From positions 128,001 to 192,000 of the forward strand of contig CAWCKH010000003.1 in NCBI GenBank assembly GCA_963796055.1: a DNA stretch of 64,000 nt. Reading direction: 5' to 3'. The notes below the pieces were generated by a model. It saw only the letters and a program-made list of their open reading frames with translations. It was not told the origin of the DNA and did not search any database. This document shows, piece by piece, positions 41,608 to 52,475 of this stretch (its first letter is position 1; every line of letters starts with the position of its first letter). This DNA is from an uncultured delta proteobacterium (GTDB taxonomy: Bacteria; Myxococcota; Myxococcia; Myxococcales; Myxococcaceae). Both the position numbers and the translations under genes were made by a program.

Positions 41608-42639
41608 TCACAGGTAACGCGCGGCGAAGAATTCGCGGAGCCGCCGGTCGCTGCGCAGCAGGTCGAGGGTGAGGTCCGCGTGGCCCGGCACATAGCCGTT
41701 GCCGATGAGCATCGTCAGGTCCTTGCCGACACCCTCGGCCCCGAGCGCTGCCGCGGTGAACGACGTGGCCATGGAGAAGAAGATGGCCGTTCCACCCTCC
41801 CTGGTGGACAGGACCGTGGCCATCTCGGTCCCGGGCACCGAGGCGCAGTTGATGACCAGGTCGCACAGCGCTCCGCCCGTGGCCTTCCGGACCGCCTCGA
41901 GCACGTCCACGGCGCGCGTGGCGTCCACCCGCAGGCTGACGTCGGACACGCCGAGCTCCGCCAGCGCCGCGAGCGCCTTCTCCGAGATGTCGAGCGCAAG
42001 CAGCTGACCCTTGCCGCCCGTGCTCCTTCGCGCCTGGGCCAGGCACAGTGCCCCGCTCTTCCCTGCCCCGAGCACTGCGATCCGCATCCCGGGACGCGCG
42101 TACCGGGCCACCAGCGCGGGCGCGCCGCAGACGTCGAGCGCGGCGAGGACCAGCGTTTCCGGCATGTCGTCGGGAACGCGCGCCCAGATGCCGCTGGCGA
42201 AGAGAATCGCGTGGCCGCGGACGTCGACCCGGTCCACCTCCATCCGGACCGCGCGGACCTCGTCGATCACCAGCGGCGTGAGCGACAGGCTGACCAGGGT
42301 CGCGATGCGCTCGCCGGGCCGGACCTTGCCCTGCGCCGGGTGCTCCGGGCCGACCTCGCGCACGCGGCCGAGCAGCATGCCGCCCGAGCCGGTGACGGGA
42401 TTCTGCATCTTGCCCCGGGCCTGGACGATCTCCTGGATGCGCGCGACCACTGCCTCGGGCGCGCCGTTGCACGCCTCGCGGATCTGCTTGAATGACGCAG
42501 CGTCGACGTTCAGGCTCTCCACGTCGATCAGCATCTCGGAGGGGCGCATCGGGAGCGACGGATCGAGCAGCCCGGCACGCTGCGGAAGCACGCCCGGCTC
42601 GCCGACCACCCGACCCAGTCCGTAGGGATCGCTCGTCAC
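41608..42639 (-). CDS. kdd: L-erythro-3,5-diaminohexanoate dehydrogenase
   Basis: RGKMQNPVTGSGGML, ATLVSLSLTPL, LDVCGAPA, GAGKSG, FFSMATSF..AALGAEG, IGNGY. Confidence 0.92.
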   Translation of the reverse strand: MTSDPYGLGRVVGEPGVLPQRAGLLDPSLPMRPSEMLIDVESLNVDAASFKQIREACNGAPEAVVARIQEIVQARGKMQNPVTGSGGMLLGRVREVGPEHPAQGKVRPGERIATLVSLSLTPLVIDEVRAVRMEVDRVDVRGHAILFASGIWARVPDDMPETLVLAALDVCGAPALVARYARPGMRIAVLGAGKSGALCLAQARRSTGGKGQLLALDISEKALAALAELGVSDVSLRVDATRAVDVLEAVRKATGGALCDLVINCASVPGTEMATVLSTREGGTAIFFSMATSFTAAALGAEGVGKDLTMLIGNGYVPGHADLTLDLLRSDRRLREFFAARYL

Positions 42640-42705
42640 CAGCGCGCGGCTAGCACGACCCGACCTCGCCCGTCACCTCTCCATCGTGGCCACCGCCGGG
42701 AGGTA

Positions 42706-43716
42706 TCAGCCGTCGCGATGGAGCCGGGGCCCGAGGAAGGCCAACGAACGATCGAATCGATAGGTCGTACCCATGTGGCCGTCCTCGTACTCCTCGTGGA
42801 CCACGGTGGCCCGGCCACCGGTCACCATCCGGGCCAGCATCCGCGCGCCCCACTGAAGCCCGAACTCGTCGCGCGTTCCGCAGTCGATGAAGAGACTGTG
42901 GAGCGTGCGATACGGCTCCGCGTCCCGCTCGACGAAGCGCACCGGATCCTCCGCCAGCCAGGTGGCCCAGAGCCGCTGGTCGATGCGCGCCGTCGCGAGA
43001 TCGAATGGCAGCGCCACACCCAGCGGCTGCGCGGGATCCGGCGAGTAGGCCGCGGCCATCGCCAGGAGATTCACCACCGCGTGATCATCCCCGCCCATCT
43101 TCGTCTCCCGCACCCGCCGCTGGAACCCGTCCCACCAGGCCTGCACTCCGCCGGCCCGCGACAGCGCGGAGGCGGCCCTGGGAAACTCGGGCAGGTAGCA
43201 GTACTCGAAGTAGGCGTCCGCGGAGTGCGAGACCATGTGGCCGAACACCCCGGGGAAGCGGCGCACCAGCTGCCAGCCTGCGTACCCGCCCGAGCTCCGC
43301 CCCGCCACCGCCCGTGCAGCCGGCGAGCGGAGCGTGGTGTACGTCCGGTCGACGTGCCCCAGCACGTCCTGGACGATCATCTGTCCGTAGGCGCCGTTGC
43401 CGGGGGAGTCGATCCACTGGCTTCCCCCGAGGGCGGTGAACCCGTCGGGGAACACCGTCAGGAACGGTGGCACCCCCGAGGCGAAGAGCGCGTCCAGCCG
43501 ATCGAGGATGCCGGGCGTGAACGGCGAGACGTTGAACCACCCCAGGGCCGAGCCCGTGAACGCGTGCAGCAGGACCACCACGGGGTAGCGCTTGCCACCC
43601 GACCCGTAGCCCTCGGGGAGGTATACCGGGCAGGGGCGATCGACCGGGTCCCCGCGCGGGTTCCCCACCAGGGCAACGCAGTGAATCGTCCGGATGTCGA
43701 GCTGGCCACGAGGCAC
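42706..43716 (-). CDS. Alpha/beta-hydrolase, putative esterase
   Basis: VYLPEGY...YPVV.LLH, nucleophile GRSSGG, DCGTRD, DGH. Confidence 0.85.
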   Translation of the reverse strand: MPRGQLDIRTIHCVALVGNPRGDPVDRPCPVYLPEGYGSGGKRYPVVVLLHAFTGSALGWFNVSPFTPGILDRLDALFASGVPPFLTVFPDGFTALGGSQWIDSPGNGAYGQMIVQDVLGHVDRTYTTLRSPAARAVAGRSSGGYAGWQLVRRFPGVFGHMVSHSADAYFEYCYLPEFPRAASALSRAGGVQAWWDGFQRRVRETKMGGDDHAVVNLLAMAAAYSPDPAQPLGVALPFDLATARIDQRLWATWLAEDPVRFVERDAEPYRTLHSLFIDCGTRDEFGLQWGARMLARMVTGGRATVVHEEYEDGHMGTTYRFDRSLAFLGPRLHRDG

Positions 43717-43733
43717 GGCGGGCGAGTCTGCCC

Positions 43734-44582
43734 TCAGGCCACGGGCTTCGGGAAGCGCGCCATGACCGCCTGGAGGTCCGTCCAGGCGGGCTTCTTCTCG
43801 GCCGGGTTACGGAGCAGGTAGGCCGGATGGAAGGTGGGCATCAGCGGAATGCCCACGTATTCGCGCCACTGTCCCCGCAGCCGGGTGATGGGCGTGTCCG
43901 TCCGGAGCAGCGTCTGGGCGGCGAACTTCCCCAGCGCCACGATGACCTCGGGCCGGATGGCATGGAGCTGCGCCTCGAGGAAGGGCTGGCAGGCCTGGAT
44001 CTCCTCCGGCTCGGGGTTCCGGTTCCCGGGCGGGCGGCACTTGACCACGTTGCAGATGTAGACCTCGTCGCGGCCGTAGCCCATCGCGGCGATCATCTTC
44101 GTCAGCAGCTGCCCGGCGGCCCCGACGAACGGCATGCCCTGCTTGTCCTCCTCGGCCCCCGGCCCCTCGCCGACGAAGACCAGGCGTGCCTTCGGATTGC
44201 CGACACCGAAGACGAGGTTCGTCCGCCCCGAGCAAAGCTTGCAGCGCTTGCAGTCGCCGAGCGCCCGGCGGACCTCGTCCAGACGCGGCGGTTCCGCGGA
44301 CGTTCGGGCGACGGCCGGGAAGTCGATAGGAGCGGCCGGGGAAGGCGCCGGAGCGGCGGCCAGCTCGGCCGAGAGCTCGGTGTACTCGACCACCACCGGA
44401 GGGGTGCTCGACCCCTCGACCGTGACCTCGACCGACATCGCCGCGGACATCCCCGCCAGCGCCCCATCAGCAGCCGTCTGCAGCTCCTCCCCTGCCACGT
44501 CCCGGTGCCAGCCCAGGTACCGCCGCAGGTCCGCGAGGACTCCCGCGAGCGCATCCGTTGCCGGAACCGCCTCGTCCGCCAC
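43734..44582 (-). CDS. Uracil-DNA glycosylase family 4
   Basis: CKRCKL (Fe-S), [39 protein letters not shown] before GTG 44582. Confidence 0.92.
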   Translation of the reverse strand: MADEAVPATDALAGVLADLRRYLGWHRDVAGEELQTAADGALAGMSAAMSVEVTVEGSSTPPVVVEYTELSAELAAAPAPSPAAPIDFPAVARTSAEPPRLDEVRRALGDCKRCKLCSGRTNLVFGVGNPKARLVFVGEGPGAEEDKQGMPFVGAAGQLLTKMIAAMGYGRDEVYICNVVKCRPPGNRNPEPEEIQACQPFLEAQLHAIRPEVIVALGKFAAQTLLRTDTPITRLRGQWREYVGIPLMPTFHPAYLLRNPAEKKPAWTDLQAVMARFPKPVA

Positions 44583-44689
44583 GTTCGATGTCCCTCCCCT
44601 GCCGGCAACGATCGCCAGGCAAAGCGAGAGGACTGTGGCATCCCGGTCCGACAAGCCGACGGCATGCGACGCGTCCCGGGCGAAGCAGG

Positions 44690-45622
44690 TCAGCTCGTCG
44701 AACCCGATCGGAGCGCGTCGGAGAGGAGCCGGCGGATCTCCTTGACCGCGGGAGCCTCGTACCGCGCGGTGTTCCGGGCCAGCGTCACCACCCGCTCCAT
44801 CCTCGGAGAACCCAGGGCGATCGCCTTCAGTGGCGGGCTGGGCACATCCAGCGCGCTGCGCGGGACGAGGGCAATCCCCAGCCCCGCCGAGACGAGGGCA
44901 CGGACCGTTCCCATGTTCGGAGTCGAGAAGCCGATCCGGGGCGCGAAACCGGCACGTCGGGTGGCGAGGGTGAGCATCGTGCGGATGGTCGCTCCGGCAC
45001 GGAAGGTGACGAACGTCTCCTCACGGAGCTCCTCCAGCTCCACCGTCCCCCGCTCCGCCAGACGGTGCTGCGCCGCGACGATGACCACCACCGGCTCGGT
45101 GTAGAGCCGCCCCAGGGCAATGGCCTGTCCTGCCGATCGCATCCCCACCAGCGTCGTTCCCACGCGCCCGAGGTGGATGAGCCCGAGATCCACCTCCCCG
45201 CGTTGCAGAAGCTCCAGGACCTGCCGGGTGTGGACCTCGCGAAAGACGATGCGGATGCGGGGATGCCGCTCCCGGAAGGATGCCAGGAGGCTCGGCAGGC
45301 GGCCCTCGACGACCGTCTGGAGGGCACAGCCAATCCGCACGGTTCCGCCACGCACCCCGGCATGGGTCATCATCTCCTGGGTGGCATCCTGCACCGCCAG
45401 CAGGATGGGCTCCGCGCGGGCGACCAGCCGGGTACCCGCCTCGGTCAGTCCCGAGGTGCGGTTCGTGCGGGCGACGAGGAGCACACCCAGCTCCTGCTCC
45501 AGCGTCCGGATCTGCTGCGAGAGCGCCGGCTGCGCGATGCGGAGCCGCCGGGCCGCGCGGGTGAAGTTGCCTTCCCGGGCGAGCGCGACCAGCGAACGGA
45601 GGTGTCGAAGCTCGTTGGCTAC
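44690..45622 (-). pseudogene. LysR-family regulator lacking a canonical start codon
   Basis: Complete LysR frame (ELRHLRSLVALAREGNFTRAARRLRIAQPALSQQIRTLE...VSAGLGIALVP), preceded only by TAA-GTA-GCC-AAC with no ATG/GTG/TTG. Confidence 0.7.
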
Positions 45623-45663
45623 TTACCGTGAGCGTCCCTAGGGATCTCCCGCTGGAGGTCGCC

Positions 45664-46665
45664 ATGACGCACGGACAGGTGAGGCTGGGACGGAGAACGG
45701 TGTTGGAGGGCGCAACCGCCGCGCTCGCGCTGCCGGCGGTCTCCAGGCTGGTGCGTGCCGCCGCCCGGCCCCAGGAGACGCCGGCGCTGGCGATCCTCTA
45801 CCTGAATGGTGGCCCGGCCGGTCTCTTCAACAGCGCAGGGTCCTTCGTGGAGAAGCGCAGCTTCGGCGTGACCCCGGACAACGTCCGTCCACTGGGAAAC
45901 GGACTGGTGGTGGACGCCGCGACCCTGGGAACGCTGCCCGCGGCGGCGCTGCTCCAGACCGGCAGCCGCAGCAACCTCCTGCTCCTCGCCGCGGCCATCG
46001 CCAGTCCGGCGCCGATCCGCTGCGCCGTGGTCAACAACCTCGGACTCCCGGTCGGGGTCGACCGGACGCCCCCCGCGGAGAACGGGGTGATGCTGGAGCG
46101 GGTGCTGGATCTGGAGTCCATCCCGGTGCTGACCGACCCGGCACAGCCTTCACCCCGCGCAGCTCAGATCGCTGCCGCATACGACGTGGGCCCCGAGGTG
46201 AACGCCATCTCCGACCTGAAGACCACCCTGCTGGCCACCGAGCTCCTGCTGCGCTCCGGGACCGGCGTGGTGTTCGCGCAGCCGGCCTTCGTCGGTCGGG
46301 CGGATCGACAGTTCGACACCCACAGCGACAGCGAGGGCGTGAAGGCTCGCGACATCATGTCCTCGTTGCTCAAGGACCTCCGGACCCTTCTCGCCCGTGC
46401 GTCGGACATTCCCGGGCGCAACGTGGTCGTCGCGCTGATGGGAGAGTTCAGCCGCACGATCGGTGCATCGGATCACGCACCAGGTGGGACGGCGACGGTC
46501 ATCGGAAAGCACGTGAAGACCGGAACGGCAGGTCCTCAGACTCCCGGAGGACTCCCGCCACCGAGCAGCCCTCCGCCGGCGGGACTCTGGGCGTACCTGG
46601 CCACCGTGCTCCGGATCGCGGACCACCCATTCGGGGTGAACCCCCATCCGGAGCTGGTCGCCTGA
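45664..46665 (+). CDS. Tat-exported DUF1501-like protein
   Basis: Twin-arginine GRRTVL, LYLNGG, FDTH, GEFSRT, SDH motifs; GGAGG RBS. Confidence 0.7.
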   Translation: MTHGQVRLGRRTVLEGATAALALPAVSRLVRAAARPQETPALAILYLNGGPAGLFNSAGSFVEKRSFGVTPDNVRPLGNGLVVDAATLGTLPAAALLQTGSRSNLLLLAAAIASPAPIRCAVVNNLGLPVGVDRTPPAENGVMLERVLDLESIPVLTDPAQPSPRAAQIAAAYDVGPEVNAISDLKTTLLATELLLRSGTGVVFAQPAFVGRADRQFDTHSDSEGVKARDIMSSLLKDLRTLLARASDIPGRNVVVALMGEFSRTIGASDHAPGGTATVIGKHVKTGTAGPQTPGGLPPPSSPPPAGLWAYLATVLRIADHPFGVNPHPELVA

Positions 46666-46693
46666 CCTCGCTTGAGGAGACGACGTCTGGCCG

Positions 46694-47935
46694 TCAGGAG
46701 GTCGCTGCCGTGGACGCCGTTCGAAGCGCCTGGATCCGGTCCCACAGTCCGGCTGCGACGGCGTCCTTGGTCCCGGAGAGCTCGAGCCGGCCCCCGGCGC
46801 GGTCCACGAGCACCACCGCGTTGGTGTCCACGCCGAACCCCGCGTCCGACCTGCCCACGTCGTTGGCGACGATGAGGTCCAGGCCCTTGCGCAGGAGCTT
46901 CGCGGTGGCGTTCTCCACCACGTTCTCGGTTTCCGCCGCAAAGCCGACGATGAGCGGTCGGCGTGCCAGCCCCCGGCCGCGCTCGGCGGCGAGGGCCAGC
47001 ACGTCGGGCGTCCGGAGCAGCGCCAGCGGCGCGTCCGCTCCCGCCTGGTCCTTCTTCACCTTCTGTTCGGCCCGATGCGCCGGACGCCAGTCGCTGACCG
47101 CGGCCGTCGCGACCAGCACGTCGGTGCGCTCGAGGCGGGGCAGCACCGCATCGCGCATCTCCTCGGCGCTGACCACGTCGACGACCTCGAGCCCCGCGCG
47201 CTCGACCGGGCCCACCGGACCCAGGACGACGGTCACCTGCGCTCCCCGCGCCCGCGCCGCCCGGGCCACCGCCAGCCCCATCTTCCCGGTGCTCGGGTTG
47301 CTGATGAAGCGCACCGGGTCCAGGAACTCGCGGGTCGGCCCCGCGGTGACCAGTACCCGCGTTCCGGCCAGCGGACCCTCGCCCAGCAGCTCGGCCGCCG
47401 CATCGACGATCTGCTCCGGCTCGCTCAGTCGCCCCGAGCCCACCTCTCCGCACGCCAGGAGGCCCGAGCCCGGTCCGACGAAGCGGTACTTCGCCTCCCT
47501 CGCCAGCACCGCGAGGTTGCGCTGTGTGGCCGGGTTCTCCCACATCGCGGTGTTCATCGCCGGGGCGAGCAGCACAGTGCCGCGGTAGGCCAGCAAGGTC
47601 GCGGCGAGGGCGTCGTTGCCCATCCCGGCCACGATGCGGGCCAGGAGGTCCGCAGTCGCCGGGGCGACCACGAACAGCTCGGACCACCGCGCGAACTCGA
47701 TGTGCCCGAACGCCACCTCCTGCGAGGCATCGAGGATGTCGGTGAGCACCGGATGGCCGCTCAGCGCCTGGAAGGTCAAGGGCGTGACGAACGAGGTCGC
47801 CGCCGGCGTCATCGCCACCCGCACCTGCGCTCCCGAGCGCTGCAGCGCGCGCACCAGCTCGGCGGCCTTGTACGCCGCGATGCCACCACCGACACCCAGC
47901 CCGATGCGGCGGCCCTGGAGGACGCTCCGGTCCAT
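46694..47935 (-). CDS. coaBC: Phosphopantothenoylcysteine decarboxylase/ligase
   Basis: [59 protein letters not shown]. Confidence 0.96.
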   Translation of the reverse strand: MDRSVLQGRRIGLGVGGGIAAYKAAELVRALQRSGAQVRVAMTPAATSFVTPLTFQALSGHPVLTDILDASQEVAFGHIEFARWSELFVVAPATADLLARIVAGMGNDALAATLLAYRGTVLLAPAMNTAMWENPATQRNLAVLAREAKYRFVGPGSGLLACGEVGSGRLSEPEQIVDAAAELLGEGPLAGTRVLVTAGPTREFLDPVRFISNPSTGKMGLAVARAARARGAQVTVVLGPVGPVERAGLEVVDVVSAEEMRDAVLPRLERTDVLVATAAVSDWRPAHRAEQKVKKDQAGADAPLALLRTPDVLALAAERGRGLARRPLIVGFAAETENVVENATAKLLRKGLDLIVANDVGRSDAGFGVDTNAVVLVDRAGGRLELSGTKDAVAAGLWDRIQALRTASTAATS

Positions 47936-47988
47936 CTCGAGGGAAGGCTTAGCCCCCACCCATGGCCCCGGCAACTTCACGGTGGCCG

Positions 47989-48678
47989 TCAGCGGCCAGA
48001 GGCCGGGCGGGCACCGTCTCGCCCGGGCCCGGAGGCGACATCCGGCAGGCTCACCGTCGTCTCGGTGACCGCACCGTCCACGGCCTCCACCGAGGTGACC
48101 GCCTGGGCTCCGCTTCCCTCGAGCTGCGCCTCGACCAGGAGCCGGCCGGCAGGCAGGCCGAGGAAGCGCAACACACCGTCGGCATCCGTGCCCCGGTCCG
48201 CCTGGAGCACCCCCTCCGGATGCAGCAGCGGGCGTACCGAGATGAGCGCCCCCTGGACCGGCCGCCCGCTGGAGACGACGTGCACCCGGAGCCCTGCCCG
48301 GGGTGCGAGCCGGAGATCGATCCTCGAGGCCGGGGCACGGGCCTCGGCGCTGGCGAAGCCGAGGTCCGAATGGTGCGCCTCGACCCGGATCACAGTCCCG
48401 TCCGCGACCGGCAGCTCGAACCGGCCTGCCTCGTCGGACCGTGCCGTCGTGCCATCCGGCAGGCCGATCACCTCGACCCCGGGGGCCGCCCGTCCCTCGG
48501 AGGTGATCACGTGCCCCGACACGCCATGGATGGACGCCTTTGGCACCTCGGGCCGTTCGCGGCGGTGGGCGCCGAGCTCCCAGAGCCCCACCACGAGCAG
48601 CGCCACCGCCGCGGCGATCCACGGCCAGAGCCGCCGCTTCCGGTACGTGGGCCGGACCTCGAGGGTGCGCGGGCTCAC
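47989..48678 (-). CDS. Membrane-anchored carboxypeptidase-regulatory-like (prealbumin-fold) protein
   Basis: One TM segment, then two SG.V....G.P..G...(T/S)D..G.(F/L) repeats. Confidence 0.7.
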   Translation of the reverse strand: MSPRTLEVRPTYRKRRLWPWIAAAVALLVVGLWELGAHRRERPEVPKASIHGVSGHVITSEGRAAPGVEVIGLPDGTTARSDEAGRFELPVADGTVIRVEAHHSDLGFASAEARAPASRIDLRLAPRAGLRVHVVSSGRPVQGALISVRPLLHPEGVLQADRGTDADGVLRFLGLPAGRLLVEAQLEGSGAQAVTSVEAVDGAVTETTVSLPDVASGPGRDGARPASGR

Positions 48679-48679
48679 C

Positions 48680-49951
48680 TCACTCCTCCGCGAACGGCTG
48701 CACGGCCTGCGCCGCGGCGAGCTCCTGGCGCACCTCGGACAGCTCGTTGTTCGTCGCCCGCAGCCTGTCCGACAGGACCTGGACGAAGCTCCAGAGGAGC
48801 TTCACCGCCAGGATCGGCTCGCGCTTCATGAGCTGCATCAGCTCGGCGCGGGCGATGACCATCGCCCGGGTCGGCTCCAGCGCGCGCACCGTGGCGCTCC
48901 TGGGCGCGTGGTCCACCAGCCCCATCTCGCCGAAGTGGCCGCCGGGGCGCAGCTCGGCGACGCTCACCCCGCCGGTCTCCACCCGTACCCGGCCTCGCAC
49001 CAGGATGAACAGCTCGTCGCCGGAGTGGCCCTCGGTGACGATCTCCTCGTCCACGGGGAAGCTCCGGGTCGAGGCGATGGAGAGGATGGCCGTCTGCTCC
49101 TTGTAGGTGAGGTGGCGAAAGATGGGGATGCTCTTCAGCACCTCCATCCGGCTGGTGGTCTCCTCCAGCTCCTCCAGCGGCGCGCCGGAATCGGAGATGC
49201 CGACCACCACCGCGGTGACGTTGTCCTTTCCGCCGCGGTCGTTGGCCAGGGCGATCAGCTTCGCCGGCAGCTCGCCGAGTGGAGTGCCGTCGATGACCGC
49301 GGGCAGCTCGTCGTCGGGCACGTAGCCGTGGAGGCCGTCGGAGCAGAGCAGGAACAGATCCCGGGGGAGCAGGTCCACCATCAGGGTGTCGACCTGGACC
49401 GACTCCTGGATGCCCACCGCGCGGGTGATGACGTTGCGAAGCTGCGAGGCCTGCGCCTGCTCGCGGGTCAGTGTGCCCGCCTTGAGCTGGGCGGCGATGA
49501 GCGTGTGGTCCTCGGTGAGCCGGTGCGCCTGCCCCCCGCGCAGCAGGTACACCCGGCTGTCCCCCACGTGCCCCACGATGGCCTTGGTGCCGGCGAGCAC
49601 CAGGCACACCACGGTGGTCCCCATCCCTCGCTTGCTCGCATCGGCCGCCGCCAGCCGGTACACCTCGGCGCAGGCGCGCTGGATGGCGGTCTCCACCAGC
49701 GCTGCCGCCGCGGCCCGGGCCTCGGAGGTGCTGGCCTGGCCGAGATCCGCCAGGACCTGACGCCCCGCGGTGAGCTGCTGCCGGACCACCTCCACCGCCC
49801 GCTGACTCGCCACCTCGCCCGCGGCGTGTCCCCCCATGCCGTCGGCGACGACGAACAGGCCGAGCTCGGGGTCGACGGCGAAGGCATCCTCGTTGTGCTG
49901 GCGCTTCCGCCCGACGTCGGTCAGACCGTAGGCCTCGGCCGTCAGGGCCAC
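48680..49951 (-). CDS. PP2C-family Ser/Thr phosphatase with C-terminal cNMP-binding domain
   Basis: TDVGRKR.HNED, VADGMGGH, VGDSR, LCSDGL, GGKDN; then GHFGEMGL...PRSATVRA. Confidence 0.92.
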   Translation of the reverse strand: MALTAEAYGLTDVGRKRQHNEDAFAVDPELGLFVVADGMGGHAAGEVASQRAVEVVRQQLTAGRQVLADLGQASTSEARAAAAALVETAIQRACAEVYRLAAADASKRGMGTTVVCLVLAGTKAIVGHVGDSRVYLLRGGQAHRLTEDHTLIAAQLKAGTLTREQAQASQLRNVITRAVGIQESVQVDTLMVDLLPRDLFLLCSDGLHGYVPDDELPAVIDGTPLGELPAKLIALANDRGGKDNVTAVVVGISDSGAPLEELEETTSRMEVLKSIPIFRHLTYKEQTAILSIASTRSFPVDEEIVTEGHSGDELFILVRGRVRVETGGVSVAELRPGGHFGEMGLVDHAPRSATVRALEPTRAMVIARAELMQLMKREPILAVKLLWSFVQVLSDRLRATNNELSEVRQELAAAQAVQPFAEE

Positions 49952-50012
49952 TGGCGCGCTCCGCTCATCGCTGGCAACCGTGCGCGCCAGAATAGCGTAA
50001 AGGCCGGTCCGG

Positions 50013-50621
50013 CTAGCGCCAGTTGAAGAAGATGCCGCCGGAGAAACCGCCGATGTCGTTCGGGGAGTAGAGCCGCGGGTCCTTGTTCCACGGCTGCAGC
50101 ACGCCGATGCTCACCCCGATCACCACCCGGCCGACGCGATAGCCGCCCTCGAGCCGGCCTTCCACCGTGCCGGCGGTGCTGGTGTCCTCGTGGACCGGCC
50201 CGCTGAACGTGGCGTAGTTGGCGCCGAAGATCGTCACCCCGGCGGTGATCCGCCCGCCCACGTGCCAGCCCTGGGCCCAGTCGCCCTCGTAGGCGATGCC
50301 GCCGAGGATGTGCCACTGGTGGAGCTCGGTGAGTGGCGGATCGGCGTTCTCGTTGGTGACGCTCCGCTTCCCCACCGCCCAGCCGCCGCCGCCCTCGACG
50401 ATGAGGTTCAGGCTGTCGATCCGCTGCTGCACCACCGGGATGTGCCAGGCGATGCGGAGCTCGGGAGTGACGTTGCCGTTCTGGAAGAAGGTCAGGATCG
50501 CGACCTCCCGGGGCAGCCAGGCCGGAACCAGCGCAGGGGGCTTCTCGGCCACCCGCTGGGCGAAGGCGGGGGCCCCGAGAAGGACGGCTGCCAGGAGTGC
50601 AACAGGGGGAACTCGGCGCAT
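50013..50621 (-). CDS. Secreted hypothetical protein, probable small outer-membrane beta-barrel
   Basis: Signal peptide (PAFA), alternating beta-strand pattern, aromatic C-terminus GGIFFNWR. Confidence 0.7.
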   Translation of the reverse strand: MRRVPPVALLAAVLLGAPAFAQRVAEKPPALVPAWLPREVAILTFFQNGNVTPELRIAWHIPVVQQRIDSLNLIVEGGGGWAVGKRSVTNENADPPLTELHQWHILGGIAYEGDWAQGWHVGGRITAGVTIFGANYATFSGPVHEDTSTAGTVEGRLEGGYRVGRVVIGVSIGVLQPWNKDPRLYSPNDIGGFSGGIFFNWR

Positions 50622-50779
50622 AAGTGGGCTGTCGGCTTGGCAGTTTTCCAAGGACATTGTCAACGGTCAGCCACGTCGACTAGAGACCTGCGCTCGTGGT
50701 CGGCACATACCCCACGATGCCGGTGCGACCCACCCCTTCCGGGGCGACAGGGAGCCGGCGCGAGGAGTCTCACCAGGAC

Positions 50780-50968
50780 ATGGCACTCAAGACCATCAAG
50801 GCGCGGGCGGCGCAGGCTGCTGAGCTGCTCGAGTCGCTCAAGCGGCTGGCGCGGGTGCGGCGGGAGGCATGCAGCTCGCCGGTGCTCGTCGTCTACGGGC
50901 AGAACGAAGCCGCCAGCATCTACTTCGAAGGAGAGGATGGCGCTCCCCGGACCGGCCGGGGCCACTAG
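50780..50968 (+). CDS. Small hypothetical protein (62 aa)
   Basis: ATG preceded by AGGAG/AGGA; amphipathic MALKTIKARAAQAAELLESLKRL. Confidence 0.5.
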   Translation: MALKTIKARAAQAAELLESLKRLARVRREACSSPVLVVYGQNEAASIYFEGEDGAPRTGRGH

Positions 50969-51094
50969 CGCCTCGGGGGCCCGGGCGGACGGTTCGTTCG
51001 CGGATCTTCGTGCTGCACTTTCCTTGAGTTCGAGGATCCTTGTGTGTAGAGCGCGGGGAGTTCCGATCCGGCCCATTCCCTCGGGGTTTCCTCG

Positions 51095-52462
51095 TTGCTC
51101 GTAGCGCTGTTGGCCCTCACTGTCGCGGCGCCCACCTGCGGTCCGCTCGACCTCCAGACCGCCCAGGCCCTCGCGCTGGCCCGGAGCGACGAGGTGGCCA
51201 TCAAGCGGAGCGAGCTGGCCGCGGCGGAGGCGGAGAAGGGGTTCGCCACCGCCATCAGGTTCTTGCCCGAGTTCTCCGCCAACGTACCGGTGGGGGTGGT
51301 CCCCGGAGCCCGGCTGAAGGACCCGACGAACGGAAACGACATCACCCAGATCGACAGCGGCAGCAATCGCGGCCTCACCGACCTCGGAGCGTTCATCCGG
51401 ATCGAGGTCAACGCGCTCCAGCCCCTCTGGACCTGGGGACGGCTCGATGCCGCCAATGACGCGGCCGCGGCCGGCGTGAGAGCCGGCAAGTTCCAGGTCG
51501 ACAGCACCGCCAACGAGATCCGCGCCCGGGTTCTACAGCTGGTGATGGGCATCCGCGTCGCCACCCGCTTGCTGGCCATCGCCGCCGACGTGCAGAAGGC
51601 GCTCAAGGAGGCGGACGCCCGGGTCCAGAAGTCGCTGAAGGCGAACGACGGCGAGATCACCCCCGAGGACCGCTACCGGATCGAGATCTTCCGGAGCCAA
51701 CTGAACCAGCGTATCGCCGACGGCGAGCGCGAGCTGCGCGTCGGCCGGGTCCAGCTCGCAGCGACCCTGGCCATGGAGCCGAACCGGTTACAGCTCCTCG
51801 ACGAGCCGCTTCCCGACACCTCTCAGATCCGAGCGCCGGAACCGGCGACGGCGGTGGCCGAGGCAGAACAACAGCGCCCGGACCTCAAGGCGCTCGACCA
51901 GGGCATCCTGGCGAAGGAGGCGGACGTCCGGGCCAGTCGGGCGGAGCTGTTGCCTCAGCTGGGGATCATCGGCCAGTTCGCCTACTCGCGCGCGGCAGGA
52001 CGCGACACCATCACCAACCCCTACGTGGGGGACTATTTCAATGCGCTGACCATCGGCGCAGCGCTGGGTATCAAGCAGAACCTCTCGTTCTGGACGGTCA
52101 TCACCCGCACCAACAAGAAGGAGGCGGAGCTGAACACGATCCGCAAGCAACGGGCGGGACTGGCCCGGCTGATCCAGGTCGAGGTGGAGACTGCGGTGGC
52201 CGAGCTGTCGGCGGCCATCACCAAGCGCGAGGCCGCCGCCAAGGCAGTCGCCGCCGGCCGGAGCTGGTTCCGGAGCGCCACCCTGAACTTCGGGATCGGG
52301 GTCGGTGACGGCCGGGACCTCATCGACGCCTACCGCGGCTATGCGGAGGCACAGTACGGCGATGCCAGGGCGACCTTCGACCTCTTGGCCGCGCAGAGCC
52401 GGCTGGAGCAGGTGACTGGTCGCTTCGCGCCCACACCCGAGCTGAACTGCCAGATGCCCTGA
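51095..52462 (+). CDS. TolC-family outer membrane efflux protein
   Basis: Signal, two OEP repeats (LQPLWTWGR; QQRPDLKA...LLPQL), ending DL..AQSRLEQVTG. Confidence 0.85.
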   Translation: MLVALLALTVAAPTCGPLDLQTAQALALARSDEVAIKRSELAAAEAEKGFATAIRFLPEFSANVPVGVVPGARLKDPTNGNDITQIDSGSNRGLTDLGAFIRIEVNALQPLWTWGRLDAANDAAAAGVRAGKFQVDSTANEIRARVLQLVMGIRVATRLLAIAADVQKALKEADARVQKSLKANDGEITPEDRYRIEIFRSQLNQRIADGERELRVGRVQLAATLAMEPNRLQLLDEPLPDTSQIRAPEPATAVAEAEQQRPDLKALDQGILAKEADVRASRAELLPQLGIIGQFAYSRAAGRDTITNPYVGDYFNALTIGAALGIKQNLSFWTVITRTNKKEAELNTIRKQRAGLARLIQVEVETAVAELSAAITKREAAAKAVAAGRSWFRSATLNFGIGVGDGRDLIDAYRGYAEAQYGDARATFDLLAAQSRLEQVTGRFAPTPELNCQMP

Positions 52463-52475
52463 GTGGCTCCGCCGG

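Noticed and set aside
47075..50026. Long antisense or alternative-frame ORFs (this 983-aa one and many similar)
   Set aside because: Arg/Pro/Ala/Gly-rich shadows typical of very high-GC DNA, overlapping well-supported genes.
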